Origin: Anaerobutyricum sp.
GTDB lineage: Bacteria > Bacillota > Clostridia > Lachnospirales > Lachnospiraceae
DNA length: 64,000 nt
Reading direction: 5' to 3'
Assembly (NCBI GenBank): GCA_045112755.1
Contig: JBGUIF010000095.1
Coordinates: 384-64,383, forward strand
The notes beneath the pieces are model-generated. The model was given only the letters and a program-made list of their open reading frames with translations, had not been told where the DNA came from and made no database searches. Shown here piece after piece: positions 57,427-64,000 of this stretch. Each line of letters opens with the position of its first letter. Within the stretch, counting starts at the first letter, position 1. Both the position numbers and the translations under genes were made by a program.

Positions 57427-58638
57427 TCAGTACTTTCTCTTCTGCTGAAGAGGGATATTCAGGACAATCATATTCGGGTTCACCGACAGGTCGATTTCCT
57501 GATTATAAAGATATTCATACCTCTTTTTTATGGTCTGAACCTGAAATTCCGAAAAACCACTGTCTATGATTCCAGCACCAAATCTTCCCACCGGCAGGCC
57601 TGTACTTTCCAACTGCATGGTAATCCGGCAGCGGGACTGCACCTGTTCTGCATCAATATAGAGCATCCCTTCATAATTGCCGGAAAGAACGCCGAAATCA
57701 ATAAAATGTTCCACCATGGGGAGGAGCCCCAGCACCGGAATTCTCTGCCATTCCACTTCCCTGTGAATATTGATTTGATAGTTCAGTTTATTATTATACT
57801 GCTCCTTGAGGGTATTCAGATAAATCTTAATCTGATCCGCCTCCTGGGACAGTGAGATATCTTCCAACTTATTGTTTACATAATAGCGAAGAATCTGTGC
57901 CAGATCTGTTATCATTTTTTCAGTTTTTTTGGCATTTTCCAAAATGGCAAAATAGGATATGGTCGTATAAAGATTCAGCAGAAGCTGAGATGGAAGCTGC
58001 CCTCTCAGGCTCTGATATTCCATTCTGCGAATCTCCATCTCCAGTTCCCGGTTCCTCTTCCTGATGGAATCATTGGAAATCTCTTTATTTTTCAGAGTAT
58101 CAACCTGCAGGGCCATGGTCTCTTTTTCACACATTTCCCGGAACATCTGGAAAGCAATTTTGGCAATGGCTTCAATCTTATTTCTGGAATATTCAGGGAG
58201 AACAGCCATATCAATTCCGCTGTACACTTCGTCATCATCCTGTCCGTCAGCAGAATCTCCTTTAGCTGAATCGGTACAGAGCACAGGCCCGCCGATCAGG
58301 GCACCAAGATACTGTTCATTGACAACAATGGGAATGGCCATATTCAAAAGATTTCTATAGTGGCCGAAAATCTGTGGACGGTTGTAGATTGCTGCCTTAG
58401 CTGCCTCCATGGCATTCAGAGCCCGCAGCTCCTCTGCTTCCACATCCCTGTCATGAAAATCATGAATCGCATCCTTGCCGCCTTGATCATCAATATAGGC
58501 GTTCCCTCTGTAATCAATGACCTGGAATGAGATTCCCGTGAGATCTGACAGGTTGTTCTGAATATCCTGAAGCCGGTCTCTTCCAAACAGCCCATCGAGG
58601 CTAATATCTCTGTTTTTATTCTGATATTTTTGATTCAT
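57427..58638 (-). CDS. cytoplasmic PocR-domain histidine-kinase homolog (YesM-type) lacking the phospho-acceptor His and ATP-lid residues
   Basis: The PF06580-type H-box QINPHFLFN reads QLPSQLLLN. The N-box ENAIxHG reads EHFIDFG. No DxGxG motif. Start set at MNQKYQ after GAGGG. Confidence 0.75.
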   Translation of the reverse strand: MNQKYQNKNRDISLDGLFGRDRLQDIQNNLSDLTGISFQVIDYRGNAYIDDQGGKDAIHDFHDRDVEAEELRALNAMEAAKAAIYNRPQIFGHYRNLLNMAIPIVVNEQYLGALIGGPVLCTDSAKGDSADGQDDDEVYSGIDMAVLPEYSRNKIEAIAKIAFQMFREMCEKETMALQVDTLKNKEISNDSIRKRNRELEMEIRRMEYQSLRGQLPSQLLLNLYTTISYFAILENAKKTEKMITDLAQILRYYVNNKLEDISLSQEADQIKIYLNTLKEQYNNKLNYQINIHREVEWQRIPVLGLLPMVEHFIDFGVLSGNYEGMLYIDAEQVQSRCRITMQLESTGLPVGRFGAGIIDSGFSEFQVQTIKKRYEYLYNQEIDLSVNPNMIVLNIPLQQKRKY

Positions 58639-59005
58639 ATTTCCCTCATTCCTTATGCACAGATTTTTCCTTTTTTCTATTTTATCATTTATTTGCACAA
58701 TAAAAAATTTGATTTTTTGTGACATTTTTTATAAATTAGTGCTAATAATTGCTTAATATTGTTCATGATTGAAAATTTATTTGTTTTAATCAAAATTTAT
58801 AACTGCAACATTTTACACTTGTCTTTCCTAACTCACCTATTTACGCGGCCTTTTAATATCTATAATTATAGAATAGTAATAACCCTGTTTAAAAATAGTA
58901 AAATCTAATCTTTGCAGCTTCGGTCAGCCCTTACGTGATCCCCCGGACTACCCGCCCCCGGCGGGTTTTATATTATAGGAAATGCGGAGTAATTTACCAT
59001 AATAC

Positions 59006-59036
59006 AAAAAACAGGAGAGGAATAAATCCCCTCCTG
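59006..59036 (-). terminator. intrinsic terminator of the GRE-activase-metK operon
   Basis: On the minus strand, CAGGAGGGG-loop-CCTCTCCTG followed by TTTTTTG, about 160 nt past the metK stop. Confidence 0.7.
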
Positions 59037-59197
59037 CCATGTGAATCAAGCAAATTATTAATATTTTATCATATAATCTAATGTGAGAGTTTGTTGAGAC
59101 CGATTATAGGATGGTTATGCTTGAATGACACCTTTCGTAATATGCATATCCGAAATTAGGTATTGTTTTTCTCATGCATGTCAGATTAAGACTGAAT

Positions 59198-60394
59198 CTA
59201 CAAGTTAATCTTACAGATTTCTTCAGCCAGCAATGCTGCAGTCTTCATCTGGAGCTCAGTCACTTTGTCTGTCCTCTCCCATGGAAGATTAAGCTCATCT
59301 CTTCCAAAGTGTCCGTATGCTGCAACCGGTTTATAAGTAACCTTAGTGAGAGATAAGTTACTGATAATTCCGGCCACACTGAAATCGAAGACAGCTCTGA
59401 CTGCTTTTTCTATAATTTTCTTTGGCAATTCCTCTGTCCCAAAAGTATCAATCTTAATAGATACCGGCTGGGCAACGCCAATGGCATAAGCAAGATTTAC
59501 TTCACATTTCTTACAGAGCCCTGCAGCTACCACATTCTTGGCAGCATATCTGGCCATGTAAGCAGCGGATCTGTCAACCTTGGTCGGATCCTTTCCTGAG
59601 AAGGCTCCACCGCCATGCCTTGCGATTCCGCCATAAGTATCCACGATGATTTTTCTTCCTGTGAGACCCACATCACCTTCCGGTCCGCCCACTACGAAGC
59701 GTCCGGTGGGATTGATATAAATCTTTACATCCGGAAGCAGGAGATCGTTCGGAATCACCGCTCTGATTACATATTCTTCGATGTCTGCCCGAAGCTGTTC
59801 TATGGCTACATCCGCATTGTGCTGTGAAGATATAACCACATCACTGATTCCGACAACATCGCCATTATCATCACAGGCTACTGTCACCTGAGACTTTCCA
59901 TCGGGATAAAGGTAAGGGAGTATCCCTTCCTTTCTCACTCTGGTGAGCTGTTTTGCCAGCTTGTGTGCCAGGGAGATGGACAAAGGCATATACTCCTTTG
60001 TTTCATCACTGGCATAGCCAAACATCATACCCTGGTCTCCAGCGCCAATTTCGCCATTTTCCTGTACGACGCCCTGTGCGATATCGGGTGACTGGCTGAC
60101 TATGTTGGTTAAAATCACACAGTCCCTGCCATCCATGCCTTTCTCTTTTCCGTCATATCCTATCTCAACAAGAACCTTTCTTGCCACTTCCCCCACATCT
60201 ACACATCCGGATGAAGTCACTTCACCTGCAATGAAAACAATGCCTTCAGAGGCCATCGTCTCCACTGCCACATGGGAGGAAGGGTCCTGAGATAAATAAG
60301 CATCCAGGATCGCATCGGAAATAATATCGCACACTTTGTCAGGATGTCCTTCTGTAACTGATTCAGAGGTAAGTAAGGTGTAGTCCTTTTTCAA
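59198..60394 (-). CDS. metK: S-adenosylmethionine synthetase
   Basis: TSESVTEGHPDK, GAGDQGMMFGYA and GGGAFSGKD motifs. TTG start 8 nt after a GGAGG that lies inside the last codons of the activase gene. Confidence 0.95.
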   Translation of the reverse strand: MKKDYTLLTSESVTEGHPDKVCDIISDAILDAYLSQDPSSHVAVETMASEGIVFIAGEVTSSGCVDVGEVARKVLVEIGYDGKEKGMDGRDCVILTNIVSQSPDIAQGVVQENGEIGAGDQGMMFGYASDETKEYMPLSISLAHKLAKQLTRVRKEGILPYLYPDGKSQVTVACDDNGDVVGISDVVISSQHNADVAIEQLRADIEEYVIRAVIPNDLLLPDVKIYINPTGRFVVGGPEGDVGLTGRKIIVDTYGGIARHGGGAFSGKDPTKVDRSAAYMARYAAKNVVAAGLCKKCEVNLAYAIGVAQPVSIKIDTFGTEELPKKIIEKAVRAVFDFSVAGIISNLSLTKVTYKPVAAYGHFGRDELNLPWERTDKVTELQMKTAALLAEEICKINL

Positions 60395-60398
60395 GATT

Positions 60399-61343
60399 TT
60401 AACCTCCTATCTTACAGATCAATCCTTCTTCTTCTACAATCTCCTGGAGAACCTCCATATAATCCTTTTCAGGAGTCTTTACACCATACAGTTCATAAGG
60501 CTTGCCCAGCATACCGTACTTGTTGCTTCCAAGATCATGGTAGGGAAGAAGATGCAGCTCTTCTACACCCGGCAGACTGGTTGCAAACTTGGCGATGGCC
60601 CTGATGACATCCACATCCGCGTTGAAGCCCGGAACCACCGGTACACGAATAATCATCTGTTTTGCCAGCTCAGCGATATGATATGCATTGGTGAGGATTC
60701 TCTCATTAGAGACGCCTGTAAACTCTTTGTGAATCAGGGGATGAACATGTTTGATATCCATCATCACCAGATCCAGCAGTGGAACAATCTTGTCAAGGAC
60801 TTCAATGGATGTATATCCTGTTGTCTCAATGGCAGTTGTCCATCCAAGACCCTTACAGGCTTCGATGAGTTCCTTTAAAAATTCATGCTGTACAAAAGCT
60901 TCTCCTCCGGAGAATGTGATGCCGCCGCCCGTCTTACGATAAATCGTCGAATCTTTATAGAGTTCTTTGACAATATCTTCAACGGTTCTCCACGTTCCGG
61001 ACTGCTCTAAAGCCCTGTGGTAGCAGACGTCCACACATTTTCCACAGACGATACACTTTGTATGATCAATTTTCCCTGGAAAATTCAGATTAGAAGCGCC
61101 AGTAGGACATACGACTTCGCAGTTTCCACATCCGACACAGTTCTGCGCCTTGAACATGATCACTGATTTCAGTTCCTGTGATTCGGGATTACAGCACCAT
61201 TTACAGCGCAAAGGACACCCATTTAAGAAGACGATGGAACGAACTCCAGGTCCGTCATTTACAGAGAATCTCTGTATATTGAAGATCAGACCTTTTCTTG
61301 CCTCCCCACTCTTTTCCTCTTGCACATATTTCAGTTTATTCAT
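60399..61343 (-). CDS. glycyl-radical enzyme activating protein (radical SAM)
   Basis: CPLRCKWC radical-SAM cluster plus two ferredoxin-type CxxCxxC..CP motifs. Start set at MNKLKYV after GGAGGA. Confidence 0.92.
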   Translation of the reverse strand: MNKLKYVQEEKSGEARKGLIFNIQRFSVNDGPGVRSIVFLNGCPLRCKWCCNPESQELKSVIMFKAQNCVGCGNCEVVCPTGASNLNFPGKIDHTKCIVCGKCVDVCYHRALEQSGTWRTVEDIVKELYKDSTIYRKTGGGITFSGGEAFVQHEFLKELIEACKGLGWTTAIETTGYTSIEVLDKIVPLLDLVMMDIKHVHPLIHKEFTGVSNERILTNAYHIAELAKQMIIRVPVVPGFNADVDVIRAIAKFATSLPGVEELHLLPYHDLGSNKYGMLGKPYELYGVKTPEKDYMEVLQEIVEEEGLICKIGG

Positions 61344-61393
61344 AGGTACTTCCTCCAGAAAACCTTGAAAATGCTTGAGCATTTATAAACACC

Positions 61394-61413
61394 CCCCGCC
61401 CCGAAGGACGGGG
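61394..61413 (-). promoter_or_regulatory. intercistronic stem-loop between the GRE and activase genes
   Basis: Minus-strand RNA CCCCGUCC-UUCG-GGGCGGGG (8 bp including one G-U). The G-U becomes a C-A mismatch on the opposite strand. Confidence 0.55.
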
Positions 61414-61514
61414 GAATGTCACCTACTGGGGTTAATCTGCCTTCTGATTCCACCTTCGTCTTACATGAAGCTTCACGGTGTTTCTTCAGGCATAATGACT
61501 AAATCAAGGACAGA

Positions 61515-64000
61515 TTAGAATGTCTGCTCTGTACGAGCGATGATGTCATCCTGTACTTCCTTGGCAAGTACGGTCCAGTGTGCGGAATATCCAGCTACAC
61601 GAACAACGAGGTCTTTGTAGTTCTCAGGATGATTCTGAGCGTCTACCAGAGTCTCTCTGTCGATAACGTTGAACTGTACATGCATACCCTTCTTATCGAA
61701 GTAGTTACGTACAACACCTGCGAAGTTGATCAGACCCTGATCACCTGCTACTGCGGACGGTAAGAACTTCTGGTTGTAAAGAGTACCGTTGGAGATGTTC
61801 AGCTGGTCAAGCTTAGCAACGGAGTTACCTGCAGCTGTCGGTCCCTTAACGTCATGGCCCTGACGTGGGGAGATACCATCGGCAAGAGGAGCATTGGAGT
61901 AACGTCCATCCGGAAGAGCCTGTACGTCTTTACCGAATAATACGTTAGCGGATACCGGATAACATCCAGCCTGATACTGGCCGTTACGCGGGTTCTTATA
62001 TTTCTCTACCTCATGGCTGTAGATCTGTGTAGCTTTACGAGCCCAGATATCTACTTCGTCGATATCGTTACCGAAGCAAGGTGTTGCATCGAGGATGTTA
62101 CGGATTCTGTCGTACTCAGCTCTCTTAGCATCGTCACATGCCGGTGAGAATGTCTTAACACCGCTCATGCTGGAGGTGGATCCGTTCTCAGCTAAGATCT
62201 TGCGAACTACTTCGTTGATGATTGCTTCCATGCTGGATGCATCAACGTTGCTGGACTTATTGGATACAGAAGCTGCTGCTGCCTCAGGCGGAGCACTCAT
62301 AACTACGAACGGTCCATCGTAGCAGCCTGCGCCGAGCTCAGCACCGAAGTTGTTCTCCATAGCCTCATAAATCTGAGCCATTGTGAGATCCTTGTCCTCG
62401 AATACATGCTTCTTGATTGCGTACATAGCATCACCAGTATCAACGTTACCAAATGCCTGCGGGCCTGTGAAGTTGTAGATTGCTCCACCTTCCATAACAG
62501 TCTTGCCGCGCTTGATACAGTCATCAACCAGAGCACTCATGAACGGCAGCGGTGCACGCTGAGCATGAGCTACGTCTACTGCGTTGTCAGACTCAACCAG
62601 CTTCTCTACGAAGTACTTGATCTGTGTGGTGTATGCTTCAACAACATCGTCCATGGACTTCCACTCAGGCATAGGCTTGCAAACCGGGCCTAACTGCTTG
62701 CCGTCACGGTTCTTTCCACCATGGATGGCGATATCGAATACCTTAGCACAGTTGAAGAATGCGGAGTCATGCCATCCCTCTGTCTTATGCGGGCACTGAG
62801 GCTCTACACAACCGATGATACAGTAGCTTCTGGCGTCTGCAAGGGTAAGTCCTCTGTTACAAAGAGCAGGGATAATAGCCTCGTCATTGTAGAATGCCGG
62901 AACACCCATACCTAATCTGGAAAGCTCACATGCACGAAGCAGGAACTCGTCCGGTGTCTGGTTGTGGATACGTACGGAGAAGGAAGGAGCTGGCAGTCTT
63001 ACGTGTGCAGCTGCGTCCATACACATATAGGATAACGGATTGGTGATGTCGAGACCTTCCTCATCCTGTCCGCCTACGCCGAAGTTCTGGAATACAGCGT
63101 ATCCTGCGAATGCCTGATCGGAAACGTCATCACGTGTCTTATTTACATGGTTAAGAAGAACGAAGATACAGTCAACCAGTTCCTGAGCGAACTCTTTGTC
63201 GATGTCTTTGTCGTTCTCAAGGAATGGCCACATATATGTGTCAAAACGTCCTGGGGAGATGGAATGTCCGTTAGCTTCGATCTGAACTAATGCCTGAACG
63301 AACCAGAATGACTGACATGCCTCCCAGAAGTTTGTAGCCGGATTCTCGGGAACACGATCACAGTTCTTAGCGATCATTTCTAACTCGGCTTTTCTCTTGG
63401 GATCTGAGCAGGAAGCTGCCATCTCAGCTGCCTTCTTGCTGTATCTCTTAGCGAAGTTAATAGCTGCATTGTAGGAAATGATAACTGCCTCATGGAAGGT
63501 TCTCTTCTGCAGATATTCAGGATCATTTCTGTCAAGTTTGTTCATGGCTTCAACTACCTCAGCGATAACGCCCTTGAAGCCCTTATTTAATACTTTGCCG
63601 TAGTCTACACAAACATGGCCGATTCCACCAAAGTAGTAGTTACCAACCGTGAAAACACCGCCTGCCTGGCAGTCGAGAGCTTCCTGGCTCATGAAGGAAG
63701 TAGCCAGCTCACTGGTTGTCTTACCCTTCCAGTACTTGAATACTTCATGAAGGATATCTGCTGTCTCTTCTGTGATTACGAACGGGTCACACATACGTGT
63801 AGCCATGGTCTTGAACTCTTTCTCAACCCAGTCAAATGAGAACTCCGGGCAGAGGTTTGTGGAACGAGGCTTAACGGAAAGAGCACCTACGATAAGCTCG
63901 TTGTCACGGATAACAACGGGAAGATTGTTGAAGATCTTCTCATTAGCTTTAGCTCTTCTCATAACTGCCGGCATTCCCTCAGTCTCTTTGTAAGACTCTG
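61515..64000 (-). CDS. glycyl radical enzyme, B12-independent glycerol/1,2-propanediol dehydratase-like (N-terminus lies beyond the window end)
   Basis: RVAGYSA glycyl-radical motif and IIGCVEPQ thiyl-Cys/Glu loop. Colinear with DhaB1-type diol dehydratases as I recall them. The reading frame stays open upstream of the first Met (..ESYKETEG-MPAV). Confidence 0.9.
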   Translation of the reverse strand, partial: ESYKETEGMPAVMRRAKANEKIFNNLPVVIRDNELIVGALSVKPRSTNLCPEFSFDWVEKEFKTMATRMCDPFVITEETADILHEVFKYWKGKTTSELATSFMSQEALDCQAGGVFTVGNYYFGGIGHVCVDYGKVLNKGFKGVIAEVVEAMNKLDRNDPEYLQKRTFHEAVIISYNAAINFAKRYSKKAAEMAASCSDPKRKAELEMIAKNCDRVPENPATNFWEACQSFWFVQALVQIEANGHSISPGRFDTYMWPFLENDKDIDKEFAQELVDCIFVLLNHVNKTRDDVSDQAFAGYAVFQNFGVGGQDEEGLDITNPLSYMCMDAAAHVRLPAPSFSVRIHNQTPDEFLLRACELSRLGMGVPAFYNDEAIIPALCNRGLTLADARSYCIIGCVEPQCPHKTEGWHDSAFFNCAKVFDIAIHGGKNRDGKQLGPVCKPMPEWKSMDDVVEAYTTQIKYFVEKLVESDNAVDVAHAQRAPLPFMSALVDDCIKRGKTVMEGGAIYNFTGPQAFGNVDTGDAMYAIKKHVFEDKDLTMAQIYEAMENNFGAELGAGCYDGPFVVMSAPPEAAAASVSNKSSNVDASSMEAIINEVVRKILAENGSTSSMSGVKTFSPACDDAKRAEYDRIRNILDATPCFGNDIDEVDIWARKATQIYSHEVEKYKNPRNGQYQAGCYPVSANVLFGKDVQALPDGRYSNAPLADGISPRQGHDVKGPTAAGNSVAKLDQLNISNGTLYNQKFLPSAVAGDQGLINFAGVVRNYFDKKGMHVQFNVIDRETLVDAQNHPENYKDLVVRVAGYSAHWTVLAKEVQDDIIARTEQTF

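Noticed and set aside
58765-58908. 47-aa plus-strand ORF in the AT-rich spacer upstream of the kinase homolog
   Set aside because: It has no RBS, and its Ile/Asn/Leu/Phe/Tyr-rich sequence is what AT-rich non-coding DNA would be expected to produce.
60395-60420. Expected SAM-I riboswitch upstream of metK
   Set aside because: metK starts 4 nt after the activase stop, so there is no space for a leader. The absence is reported as part of a finding instead.
1-64000. CRISPR arrays, rRNA/tRNA genes, transposases, integrases, toxin-antitoxin pairs
   Set aside because: Intergenic regions were scanned on both strands. No spaced direct-repeat arrays, cloverleaf candidates or recognisable mobile-element enzymes were found, apart from the dead resolvase-domain gene.

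Overview
Chromosomal window from a Clostridia-type Firmicute (gene order and protein sequences look Lachnospiraceae-like, roughly 50% GC). The backbone, on the minus strand, is the classic ribosomal-protein supercluster: S10 operon (rpsJ..rpsQ), spc operon (rplN..secY), alpha operon (infA-rpmJ-rpsM-rpsK-rpsD-rpoA-rplQ), then ecfA-ecfT-truA-rplM-rpsI. It is rearranged in three ways. A self-contained 6.8-kb block (two LicD-family genes plus a GlpA-like three-gene oxidoreductase set) sits between secY and adk. No map gene is present. EcfA1 and EcfA2 are fused into one ORF. Left flank: trpS, uppP, a lipoprotein, a TPP riboswitch driving only a 78-aa TenA C-terminal stub, an orphan EutP/PduV GTPase, a PNPOx-family protein, a GNAT and a MocR regulator. 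Right of the S10 operon: NUDIX, ApbE, a Gx transporter, a SAM methyltransferase, desulfoferrodoxin, an S8 protease with a Lys-rich linker, a CaCA antiporter, an SBP-permease-ATPase-ThrH-LarC operon, a cytosolic tannase-family hydrolase, a serine hydrolase and a four-domain flavodiiron protein with neighbouring redox genes. A low-GC islet follows, carrying a catalytically dead resolvase-domain protein and a KAP-like P-loop NTPase. The window ends with a glycyl-radical-enzyme (GRE) locus. The strongest leads are in that locus. (1) The diol-dehydratase-like GRE carries an internal insertion of about 75 aa containing a helix that looks like a microcompartment encapsulation peptide. (2) metK is translationally coupled to the GRE activase. 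(3) The adjacent PocR-domain histidine-kinase homolog lacks the phospho-accepting His and the ATP-binding residues. Also notable are a repeated intergenic module built around a 134-nt imperfect palindrome (one full copy, one internally deleted copy, with compensatory stem changes) and unusually long structured spacers inside the r-protein operons. No CRISPR arrays, rRNA or tRNA genes were found. All homology calls come from motif recognition by eye, not database searches.
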